Source of the DNA: Tubulanus polymorphus | Taxonomy: Eukaryota; Animalia; Nemertea | Reading direction: 5' to 3' | DNA length: 64,000 bases | NCBI RefSeq assembly: GCF_964204645.1 | Contig: NC_134027.1 | Coordinates: forward strand, 17,508,560 to 17,572,559 | Shown here: one piece after another, positions 49,853-61,563 of the stretch | Layout: every line of letters starts with the position of its first letter | Numbering within the stretch: the first letter of the stretch is position 1 | Notes under the pieces: generated by a model | Databases searched by the model: none | What the model was told of the DNA's origin: nothing | Seen by the model: only the letters and a program-made list of their open reading frames with translations | Translations under genes and position numbers: made by a program

Positions 49853-52339
49853 GTAAGTTATCTCATATTTATATTCCAGTTTCTTGTCTCATGTTTATAT
49901 CCAGGTTTCGTCGGGTCAATTGCTTCAACTACCATGCATTGGGATGACCCATTTGTATACCTTACTATGCATTGCTATGCAGGTATATGAAAGTCACAAA
50001 ATTGAAAAGTAACTCGGGCATTTCCATGGCCGACCAATTGAAGAAGGTGTTTTCTCGGCGAGTGAGTGGTTCGGTGAGTGAATGCGGCTGTCCACCTGGC
50101 TGAGCTAACATTAAAGTGATTTTTTTGCTCTGCTGAGCAAACGATAGAATTCATCAATCTATAGGCCAAGCATAATTTTAAAAAGTTGTTTTCTCAGCTG
50201 AGTGACTGATGCAATTTCGCAATCTCACTAGACTGAGTGACTGAAATCTATTCACTAAGAGCTAGAATGTGTTTTGCTCTATATACGGTACATCGGTACG
50301 GTACCCATTTACATAATATTTCATGACAAAAATCACGATACATTACGTAGGTTGAGTTTACTATAGAGTATACAGTTCTAGGTGAAAAAACCGGACGATA
50401 AAAGTTTTGACTTGACGAATCTTGATATGTAGCTAACTCGGATTTTTCTTAGAAAACCCCCAAAATCCGACCTACTCAAAGTCGGACATTTTCCCGTTGG
50501 CCCAAAGTGTTCAACTTGCCAGTTCTACTGTACATTATAATCGTTGTCAAATACAAATTGTGATGATACAACAATTAGCTATGGACTGGACTAGTGAATA
50601 AAAGGTCACGCAAAATAAGAAGCTTAGTGGCAAAATACATATTTCTAGAGCAGTGGAAAGGTAGGTCTACTCATAACTGAAACCTGTATAGGTTCATAAC
50701 TGAAACCTGTATAGGTGCGATATGTGATGGTGCAAGAAAGCCTTTACTAAAGTTAAAACCATTTCATGATGACACTAAACATCAAACGGTTAACGGTACC
50801 ACCCAACCATGATACGATATCACCAATATAGATTAAATTTTACTGGAGTTGTTTATTGGAGGAAAATATCATTGTTTAGTATGCTGAGACCAATTGGTCG
50901 ACTGACAGTTTATTAGGCCAGCCGTAGGCTGAGCCTATTACTATACAAATGGAGCGAATTTAAATGACATGGTTTCCACACAAAAGGCTCTTTCGCTTGC
51001 CAAGTGAGGGCATATTCGAACAAATCACGTATTTAAGCGTAATCCATTCTCGGAATGGAAGCATGCAGAATTTTGAAATAGGGTTTCATAAAAAATTTTT
51101 CTGCATTTTTCACGAAAATTAAATCGGGAAAATTTCAATTTTTATCAGCCAATCAGGAAGTTGTGTCTTCCCTGTGATTGGTTTATCTGAAAATATCAGC
51201 AGCTGTTCACGCGAATTATCGTGATTTCATTTCTGGCGCTTTTGAGCATGACATCATGTATCAACACGTGACAATACTTCCGCGTTCGCTACGTGTTCGC
51301 TGATTGGCCCATTTACTGGGAAATTCCACAGAAGCCTAATGTGGTTTGTTACAAGTGCTGTGATTGGCACGACCCGATTCTGGCACGGCTTTAGCTTAGT
51401 GGGTTCGAATCCCTTGACGGGTGAAGATGATGGATCCTATCAATATCTATTGAAACAAATAAGTTTCCAGGTTGGGCCGTCGCGGATATCTACCGAAGTG
51501 TTCCGGTTCGATATTTCGAGGTTTCTTTGAATTTTGGAGTGATATTGAAATCCGGTAAATACCGGCGGTAGATTGTGAAAACCCATTGCATGATATTTGT
51601 ATTACTTAATCAACGAAAAGCATCGGGGCCGCGCCAGGAGTTTTCGTGATTCAAGTAGCGCAATAGCCTACTTCTTCGTCCACCTCAATTTTCTCTCCGC
51701 CGATCTCTGACACGGCTCTGTTGCCGTCGGCGCTTTGACTGATTGCACTTTCGTACCACCAAAATTTTTTATTTCTATATCAGGGAGGTCTGGAGAATAA
51801 AAAAGTCAAAATTTAGATATCACATAGGCCTGATTTCATTGAATAAGTCGACCATGGTCGTTACGTTTCCATTCTAATTACCACCTAAAACCGTCTGAAC
51901 AATTTTGTCACAACCAACACTTCGTTTACAGAAATCAGGTGTTCACGTGAACCCGCGGTATCGTCTACTGTTTTACTTCCGGGTTTTTTTTTAAGATTTA
52001 AAATTGTATTTCAAGATCGATTTCTATGAAATCTTTAGTTGATTTGGTGTTTGGGAGGAATTTTTATTTGGTCTACAGAAAATTCATCCTTGACAATTGC
52101 GCAAAGTTCGCAATTGCGTTGAAAAATTATAGGTTTTACCAAATCGGGTGTATGACCTTGATATGCTAATTAGCCATGTGCTCGAATTGCAAATTCAATC
52201 AAATTTATTCTGCCAAAAAAATGTTAAATCCAATTCGCTTTCCGAGAGTTAATGGTATGCTGCATGGAAAATTGTTTTGAGATGGGTCTTGAAGCTATTG
52301 AGGTCGAGAGATAACCATCTAGATAGTTCATGAGAGTTC

Positions 52340-52926
52340 CAAAGTTTTGAAGACGCTTCAAGGTAATGTCTTGATATTTGGTTTATACGTGTATCTACCC
52401 TAGACACATCTTCAGTCCAAAAACTGGCCCTGTCAGATTCAAGATGGCCGACTGGCAGCCATTGTTGTTCGCCAAAATCAGCACTTTTTACACATTTTTG
52501 AAGTTTTTGAGGGAAATTTTGAAGACACTTTTATCAATAACCTTGATCACTCGTATATATTTGTATCCCCCTAGGGCCCATCGGCATGAGAAAAATTGGG
52601 TCGATCGGACTCATGATGGCCGTCCTGTGACCTTTTTTGTTCCCAAAAATGTCAATTTTGGCCTGAATTCAGAGTCCTGTAGCTTTCTAATGGTGTGCCA
52701 TTTTTCATTGCAATTTGTAATGGGTATTCTTTGGAAAGGGATCTTTTATATCCGAGAGGGTATTTTTGACCAGGCAATTCTGACGCAATTGGCGGCCATC
52801 ATGGCGTCATCAGTACTCATTCGTAGGTGGAAAAAAAGTTTTTCCACATCATATTGATACTTACGCATATTTTGCTACCATAATCAATTGGAAAGTTGTA
52901 GCGTTCTATGATCGAGGTGAGTTTCA
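52340..52926 (+). mobile_element. Helentron-like family H1 copy truncated at the Gypsy junction
   Basis: Matches about 5780-6358; breaks at ggtgagtttca. Confidence 0.8.
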
Positions 52927-55200
52927 GCAAACAGTCCTCTGAAAGCTCTTCGGCTATAACCATGGGTACCTGAAATTTCAGACCACCTAGTTCTAAGATA
53001 ACATCAGCCTCCCCCCAGAGTGACAGGGCCTGCCCATTTGCTGTGGTGAGGTTCCCAACTACCGGTCTCAGATCCCGAGGGGACCCAGCCCCTAGGCTGG
53101 CTTCCCACACTGAGGATCTAAGGACGGTTACCGAGGCCCGCGTATCTAAGAGCATCGATGCAGTTGCCCTCGTATTAATCAAACCCGAAACATATAGCCC
53201 CGTGTCCTGGACGCAAACATTCCCAATAGATAGTGTCTTGTCCTTAGTAGCCGTGTGGCGGTCAGGGTGTAAACCATTGTCTGGTGTCCCACCTGTCACG
53301 ATTCCCACATCTAGGACTGGCTCCGTCTCACAAGGCTGGAGGTCGACCGGTTTCCGGGGGGTCGTAAGACAGTCCGGGTGTGAACCATTGTTTGATGTCC
53401 GATCTATCACGATCCCCACATCTTTGATTGAATCTGTCTCCCGTGGCTGGGGGTCAACTGGTTGTCGGAGGGTTGTGAGGTAATCTGGGTGTAAACCATC
53501 TTCAGGGTGTCCAGACACCCCTAACTCACCACTTTGTACCAGTCTGATCTTCCTGCCTCGGCCCCCTATAGATGGACTTGTCTCCAACCTAGGCCTTCGG
53601 TGTGGGGGTACATACTTAACAGGCTCGGGGCACTCTAATTTGTCGGGTTTGCTCTGCCCCTTGAGCGACCCATGTGACCTGGGGACATCGACTCGCGGGG
53701 TGATCCGGGGCTCTGCAGCGCCAACACAGGTCTACATTCCTGGATGGGATGTTTTGTCGTCTGGGACCACTTCCCCTCGTGGAGAGGTCGGCAACGGTAG
53801 TCTCCAGTGTCTCCATGCAGGTGGATAGGCTCCGTACCAACCCCACCAACTCGCTCATTAGGCCTTCATTTTCAGGGGTCGGATGCACCTGGTTGATAGT
53901 CCGCTTTGGCTTCGGGTCCTGCTAAGACGGCGGGCCGATTCGAGGCCACAGGCTGTCCTTACTGCCCCTGCCAGGGTCTGTGGCTGTGAGACGTAGAGCG
54001 ACTCCTTAGCATTGGGAGGTAGATTCACTCCGCACATAAACTGGTCCTTGGCCAGTTCGTCTTGGAGGTCTGGACATATCCTGGGGTAGGCGCTCTGAAC
54101 CAGGTCCGTCAACGCATCAGAAAATGACCTAAGCTCTCCTGACTTTTCTGTTCGCGGGATTTGAGCATCATTTTGAAGTCCCCAGGAGTCCGGGTCTGTT
54201 CCAGACGGTCCAGTATCTGACAACTGAAGTCGGCATAGGGGATATCACTGTCCAGTCGAAGATTCTTGACAGCCCTGTACGACTCATGATCGAGGTTCAT
54301 CAAGATGTGTTGTTTTCTTACCTCGCCATTTTCCAGGACGCGGCTGATTTTCATCATGTCCGCGTAGGTGTCGAAACGTTCCAGCCATATGCGAAAATTG
54401 TTCCCCATGCTGTACGTCTTCGGAGCTGGTACTCTCACCTTAATATCCCCCTGGTCATGGCCCTCCCTATCCATGTTCTTAGACATGAACTTGGTCAGCG
54501 AGTGTAAAAATTCGCCAACCCGGGGGCTGTCAGTGTCAACATCGCTCGTATCTAGGTCAGGATTTGGCTCTTGAAAACTGTCGGCAGTGGCCATAATGCG
54601 TAAAATAAACAGGGGTAGCATTAAATACGAAAAATATGTAACCAAAGGTCTTGCCCGGATAGGTATCTATAGTCAGTTAACAGGTTAACACTTCTCTAGG
54701 CCTAATTGTATAAACCGACCGCAAAAACAATCGTTATAATCAGCAAGAGAGTAGGATTGCAAACCACAAACGGTGTCAATGTAATTCCTAATTAAATATT
54801 GCTAACCATGGAAAGTGTCAATGTTATTCTAAGAGAGCAATCTCGGGAAACGTTGACAAAATATTCACCTCTCGTCGTTGGTAGCGAGCCGGCTTGTATC
54901 AGCTTCAATTTTCGCGTCAAATCTTCACGGGATCGATCCCTGACCGCTGCCACCAGTGTAACGAATCTCTTCGGTCGCTTCAATTCACGAATGTGGATGG
55001 GATGTCTCCTTTTGTAGACCGATTTCCATCAATAAACACGAACAATAGAATACAACACGGCTTCTTTATTCTGCCACACGATTCTAAGAGACCGCTTCCG
55101 GTCTTACAGGTTTACATAAAGATACGGATACGGTTTAAACTAAACAAGGGATACGGACTCGGTTAAGCCTAGTCCGCCACATAGAGAATCGCTTATTACA
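52927..55200 (-). mobile_element. 5' half of a Gypsy LTR retrotransposon (LTR, PBS, gag, protease)
   Basis: Probable LTR at about 54957-55200; PBS TGGTGGCAGCGG on the minus strand at 54944-54955; frameshifted gag with CWRCRAPDHPASRC; protease LLDTRASVTVL; GC-rich relative to the flanks. Confidence 0.88.
54944..54955 (-). promoter_or_regulatory. Primer-binding site (tRNA-Leu-like 3' end complement)
   Basis: The plus strand reads ccgctgccacca, 1 nt from the LTR edge. Confidence 0.75.
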
Positions 55201-55298
55201 TTTCACATTCCCAAAGAGTATCTTCAGAATCTTCAGATTTTAACTGAATCACTAAATACAACTATACCCCAAACTATAGCGTGAGTATGAGTTTTTCA

Positions 55299-57743
55299 CT
55301 ACTGGTTTGCCATTTATAATTGAAATGTGTGATGGGTAATCTGTGAAAAAGACATTTGATATATGGTACATGTCTTTTTGATCGGCAAACAATCAAGCAA
55401 TTGGTGGCCGTATTAGTGTCATCATTTGTCAATTGATATTGGTACCTATGCATATTTTGTAACCACAATCAATTGCCAAGTTGTTGCCCATAAGATGTTC
55501 TATGATTGTGTCAAGGTCACAGGTTTTTCTGTATGGTCACCAGGGGGAGTTGACCCTTACAAAAAATGTGATTTTTTTTTAAACGTGATATGCACATGTG
55601 TAAAAATGGGACATTATCACACGTGTGATATAAAAGATCACACGTGTGATACAGCCTGTGATACTGTATGTGAATCAAACGTGTGATACACACATGTCAT
55701 ATAACACAGTCATGTGTGATTTATAACGCATGTGATCTGCAGTCATCCTCATTATTTGAGCTCCACACGACTGTATTCACGAAGAAGTATAAATACACAT
55801 TCATAATGGTCAAAATTTGACCACTTAATTCTCTGGACATAATGTCTTATCCAAACTTCACAATTTCCTAAAAACCCATTGCCTGAAAGGAGATCCTCAT
55901 CCATAATGGCAAAACAAAATGTAGTTTCAAAATTACCAACCAAATGTAATAACTCACTTGTGTACATGTTAGTGGGAATTTTATTTTCAAATATTTACAG
56001 ATTTACTTCGTCAATTTATACTGTTTCAGGTTTTGTCCAATCTTCTTTCTAATTTGGGCCGCGGTAACCCCCGATCTATACTTCAAAACATGATCTGGAA
56101 TGAGACAAATTTATAAAACCTTTTAATATTGCACACAATTGCAAACAATAAACCAATAAATCAATATCCCTAATATCAATCATCTAGTCATCTGTATGTA
56201 GTCACTCCCTAAATTAATAATGGAAAATTCCAATTTCATTTGTAAGTGATTAATTCATATGTAGAAAGAATTGGCAAATACTGTTCAATACCGGCTGATC
56301 ATTCAGTTCAATATTAAGGAATCAGTATAGTATGCAAACAAGTGTCTTTTTCATGACTGGACAGATTGTGATTTAAAAGGAGTTCATGGTGTTATCTAGG
56401 CCTACTTGAAAAAGCTAGGCATGGACATGTTGTACTTTGCCATGCATCAAATAAAGTTTGGATGAATTTGATTTAACTTATTCAGTACACGCCACAGATT
56501 TTACCGATTACAGTAAATTCAATCATCATCGTCGACTATAAATCTTTGATCAAACACAATAATACTTGCCTTGTAGCTTGAATTCAAATACCAGACTGTT
56601 CGAAACTAAGAAATTAACCATGAAAATTGACTAAAAACAGCAACAACTATCCTCGAAATAATTGCAAATGGTGCCGTGCATGCCTGCATGCTAATTCCCA
56701 GTCCTTTGCTAGCCGTCGTGAACGGTTTGAATCCCGTGACTACCTGATAATTTTTCGAAGTCGTTTTTTGAATATTTATATTTTTTTTTAAAACTCAACA
56801 GCGAATGCAAAAATATATAATAACCTTGTTGTATTTATTTAGCCGAATGAAAATACAAACTTGGAATGGACATTCGTACTAGGTTTTGCACAGTAGGCGC
56901 GGCATAAAATCTAACCACGTACATGTTGAAAATGTTGAAATAATGAGTACAGTTATGGAAATATTCTTATTCAAAAATGGACTCCATGACAAAAACGCAG
57001 ATGTTCAGAATTTGGAACTAACATGGGAATGGTTCATATCCGAAGTGATCACATAAAAATACGTATTGCAGATTGGAAGAACTGATGTGAATCACATGTG
57101 TTATTCTATGACATGTGTGATCCCAGCGGTTACACATATGATCTGTGTTTTTGAGCCAATCACATGTGTGAATCACACATGTATTTCTCAATCACACATT
57201 TGTATTTCACAATCACAAGTGTGATCATGTGTTACTCACACATGTCATGGGCTCCACATCACAGATCACACGTGTGATGGCTGGAATCACATGTGTCTTT
57301 GTGTCTTTCACACCTTTCACACATGTAATGTGTGTTGTTCACACACATAACATATGTGAATTTTTTGTAAGGGGAATAGTAGGATAACTTTGTATTTCCT
57401 TATTATATTGGTAACTAGTCATATTTTTTTACCATAATCAATTGCAAAATTGTTGCACATGACATGTTCTGTGATTGTGGTAAGTCTCAAGATCAATGGA
57501 TTTTGTGTATGGTCACCAGGGGGTTAACGTTAAATGGTAGAATAACTAAGCATTTCCATGTTACATTGGTACATAGGCATATTTTGTTGTACCAATCAAT
57601 TGCAAAATTTGTGACATGTTCTAAGATTGTAGTGAGTTTCAAGGTCATTGGTTTGTCACCAGGGGGCATTATAAACTGAAATTCATAGGCATTGAAAATT
57701 GAAAGTTGAGCATTTGAAACCAATGGTGTCCCTGGACCCCTAG
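55299..57743 (+). mobile_element. Family H1 copy split by a CACTA-like insertion
   Basis: gggggagttga and atagtaggataac rejoin the tandem unit; ends ggacccCTAG then tttt. Confidence 0.8.
55554..57373. mobile_element. Non-autonomous CACTA/EnSpm-like element
   Basis: TIRs cccttacaaaaaa and ttttttgtaaggg, 2-bp GA TSD, subterminal clusters of cacatgtg and atcacacgtgtgat. Confidence 0.78.
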
Positions 57744-58128
57744 TTTTATGTGAGCATTTGTTTCATTGGTTCTCGGCCTTAATGACATATGTTTGATGCG
57801 ATTGAAGACATGGCAAACCTCTTGTCGACGACATGGTCGGCTTCACAAAAAATTCTCTCAACAACTGATTTAATAGGAAAGTTCTTAGCTCTTGCATATA
57901 GAATTTCAGTGACCTTGATTTGTGGGCGTCATGTCTACAAGCGAATGATGTTTTATCTGTTTTGGGATATACGGGAAATTTCAGGAACAACCATCCTAAC
58001 AATTATTATAAAACTTTCCCTGGTGCAGTGACCTGTACAGCCTGTAGGCTTTTACTGCTTTCTTCATTTTACAGCTTTTCACTGTTGTCACTATTATATT
58101 TTGTATTTCTTCGTTCTTGTTTTTGCAG

Positions 58129-58254
58129 TTTGTAGTACCTATAGTAGTTATAAGTGTCCAGGGACTGCAGTCTGTTTAGATCGAACGAGAAAGTGTGATG
58201 GTTATGATCATTGTGGAAATAACGCCGATGAAGTTGAATATATGTGTAATCCAA
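58129..58254 (+). CDS. Host gene exon G: LDL-receptor class A repeat (CSTYSSYKCPGTAVCLDRTRKCDGYDHCGNNADEVEYMC)
   Basis: Six cysteines with the CDGxxxCxxxxDE motif; long polypyrimidine tract ending tgcag, donor A|gtaagt, phase 1-1 as typical for LDLa exons. Confidence 0.92.
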
Positions 58255-58721
58255 GTAAGTATGAGTATATTTGGAAAAGAAAATTTTCTGACATGGGTCA
58301 GAAAATCTGATTATATTCCTAATAATTCTAAGTTTTCTAGGATTTAATTTAACCACACTACCCACAGATTTCAAGTGTCTTGATTGTGATTGACCGCCAT
58401 CTGTTCCTTCCTGGGTTCTAATGTAATTTGTGTAGGCATCTAAAGGAATTTAGAATAGTTTTTGAATGCTTTGTATAGGCGTAGAAGGTTATACAAATAT
58501 TTTATAGACAACTGCCAAGGTGCTTTGGTGTTTGAGTTTGAGTGTAAGCTTTATTTTTCGCCTTTATTTTCTGTCCTACATCATACACCTATGTTCATAG
58601 ATGGCATGTATAACAGCGGCTTCCATCTCCCTTCCTTAAAAAAACTAATTACAAGTAATACAAATTGTGTCACTTTCTGACAGTGGGTGCAGGTTCTCAA
58701 ACTTGCTCATACGTTATTTTT

Positions 58722-59697
58722 ATGCCCCCGGCTCAACTTAAGTTGAGAGGGGCATATAGATTTACCCTTCTCTGAGTACGCCGCCGCCACTGCAAGTGAC
58801 GTTAACATCCTAGAGGCCGCGATTGTTGACCAATTGTTTTCAAACTTGGTATACAAGTAGGATATTTCTTGGGCCAGAATCCTATTTAAAATTAGGTGGA
58901 TTCGATTCAAATTATGGCCACCAGGGGGTCGACATGAAGAACGACGTTAACAGCCTAGAGGCCGCAATCCGCAATTGTTGACCGGTTCATTTCTAGCTAA
59001 GTACACAAGTAGGATACCACTTAGGCCAGAACCCTATTTAAAATTGGGTCGATTTGATTCAAATTATGGCCACCAGCGGCTGACATGAAAAACAACCTTA
59101 ACAGCCTAGAAGCCACTATTGTAGACCGATTCATTGCAAACTTGGTACACAAGTAGGATACCAGTTGGGCGAAAGGCCTATTTAAAATTGGGTTGATTCA
59201 ATTCAAATTATGGCCACCAGGGGGCCAACGTGAACAACAACGTAAATAGCCTAGAGGCCGCAATTGTTGACCGAATCATTTCAAACTTGGTCCACGAGTA
59301 GGATATCACTTGGGACCGAATCTAAAATTGGGTCGATTTGATTTGAATAACGGCCACCAGGGGGCCGACATGAAAAATGATGTTTATAGCCTAAAGGTCG
59401 CAATTTTTGGCCGATTCATTTCAAACTTGGTACAAAAGTGGGATATCGTTTGGGCCAGAACCCTATTTAAAATTAGGTCGATTAAATTCAAATTATTACT
59501 AGAGCCTGCAATTGTTGACCAATTCAAATTATGGCCATCAGGGGAAAACAGCCTAGAGGCTGCGACTGTTGATCAATTGTTTACACTTTGTACACATGTT
59601 CTCTAATATCATTCTTGTAAAAATAATTGTGGCCATGATATTTCTAATGCATTTACCAAAAACCCTGTAACTTCACGTGGCGGTGAATTGTTGGCCC
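58722..59697 (+). mobile_element. Helentron-like family H2 copy with a longer tandem core and altered 3' end
   Basis: Same 5' end and units as 1527-2180, with about five units. Confidence 0.82.
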
Positions 59698-60035
59698 AGT
59701 ACAAAGTTTGTCTCGCAAATGATTTGATTTTCTCTTGGCCCTGATATCCTTCATGCAGCCTGTTAAGCATTTCTCATTGCACATTTGTGGTTTACCTATG
59801 TGGTCACTTTTGAGCGAGTGCTTTATGGCATAAACGTCCGATGACCTACATTTATGACGTTTTGACGGAGATTCCTCATTAACGGGGTTCCCTATGGATC
59901 GCAACAACCAATCAGAGCCTGCTAGGGAGTCCCCGTTGATAGACTGTTTAGTAACACATTTTCCTTGCCAAACTTGTATTCTAAATCTATATTGTATGAA
60001 TAGAAATATTAATTTGAAAATATTTTACATTCTAG

Positions 60036-60860
60036 AATACGGGATATCCACAAATTCAAGTTCTTGAATTACTCGTTTGATTGCGCTAGACAGAACCGGA
60101 AATTGGAACCTAAATCCTCCATGCTCTAGTTCATTTGCAATGAAAATCTCTCGCTTCAAGTTTTCAATGAGCGATATTTTACTTACTTTAAATCGTCACG
60201 TTTAGTCCTTTGAATATGATATCCTACCGCTACGTTGGATATGATAAAACCTCACTGCAACGGCTAGAAATCACTATTAGTGTCCTAACATTATCAAAAA
60301 ACATTTTGCAATGGCTGAAGATGTAAAGACTGGTTGCCAGGTATCACATGGTGGCAGCACTTGACGGCCCAATTTTGATTGTTGGTTCGAGTCCTGGTAC
60401 TTTTCATATTTTTATTTTGAATCTACCAGTGTAGTCCTTCTAAAATCGATTTTATTTCGCGATATGATTTCATATTTATCAGTGTAGCCTGCAATGAATT
60501 CACCTGAGAGTCTTGAACTCGACAACAAAGTGATGCCACCCGGCACCAGTCATTACTTCCGTTAGCTGCTTCGAGCGTTATCGCTAGATTTGTGATTTTT
60601 GGTAGTTTTTTGACATTTCTAGTAATCCTTAGCGTTCAAAGTGAGGTTTTATCGAATTCAACACATTGTCAGGATATCATACTAAAAGGATTATGCGTGC
60701 CTATGTATAGTAAGTAAAATATCGCTAACTAAAAACTTGAAGCGAGAGATTTTTATTGCAAATGAACTAGAACATGGCGGATTTAGGTTCCAATTTCCGG
60801 TTCTGACTAGCGCCATCAAACGAGTTATTCAAGAACTTGAATTTGTCGATATCCCGTATT
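60036..60860. mobile_element. Foldback element with about 250-bp imperfect terminal inverted repeats
   Basis: 60036-60285 is reverse-complementary to about 60612-60860 (aatacgggatat ... atatcccgtatt). Confidence 0.85.
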
Positions 60861-60977
60861 GATTTTTGGTGCACCAGTGCTTATTTTGGTGAATAAAACG
60901 TGCGTTTGAATATGATGTTGTTTAAGCAATACTTTTTGCATATAGAAAACACCAAACAGGTGAACTAGTATTGTTTA

Positions 60978-61563
60978 GGCCACACCAAAAAAAAACCAGT
61001 GGGGCAATCAATCACCAAAAATGGAAAAAAGATTTTGGGTATACTTTTGAAAATGGGCTAGGTCGCCGTAAATAATTTTTACTGGACCAAAATTTTAGTC
61101 AGGAATATGATTAACAACTAGTAGACCACAATACTAGAAGGAAATTGAGGTGTTTGTAAAATTACCTACAAACAAACTATATTCTGAACATATTTCAAGG
61201 AATTCCTGGAATTTTATAATCCAAGGTCGCCATCATGTCCGATTAGCAAAGTTATATCAGCATGGCTGCATCATTTCCAGAATCAAATTGTTAAATCCGA
61301 TGTAATAAGATATTTTGTTATGATAATCTGAGTGCCGACATCACGATTTGATTGAAAAGAAAAAAATATTTACAAGACATTTACAAGAATCAAGAGTTTC
61401 GTTGTCGGTCGGCCGCATATATATTTTTGAAAAAAGTTATTACACCCAAAATTTTGAAAAAGGGTCGGTAGGCATTTATATTTTATTCCGAAAATAATTA
61501 TTTAAAATGGGGAAATATCAGGTCGGTCGGGCCTGAGAAACAGGTTTTTCTTTTGGTGTGGCC
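60978..61563. mobile_element. PIF/Harbinger-like MITE
   Basis: TTA-ggccacaccaaaa ... ttttggtgtggcc-TTA, with ggtcggt subterminal motifs. Confidence 0.8.

Noticed and set aside
50671-50716. 23-bp tandem duplication, and gtagtagcacatg repeats near 38808-38852
   Set aside because: Ordinary slippage duplications with no further structure.
51385-51420. tRNA gene suggested by ggttcgaatccc
   Set aside because: No cloverleaf or properly spaced A box; B-box-like motif only.
52378-52857. 159-aa ORF and similar short ORFs in H1 and H2 copies
   Set aside because: They are chance frames in non-coding repeats, not conserved between copies.
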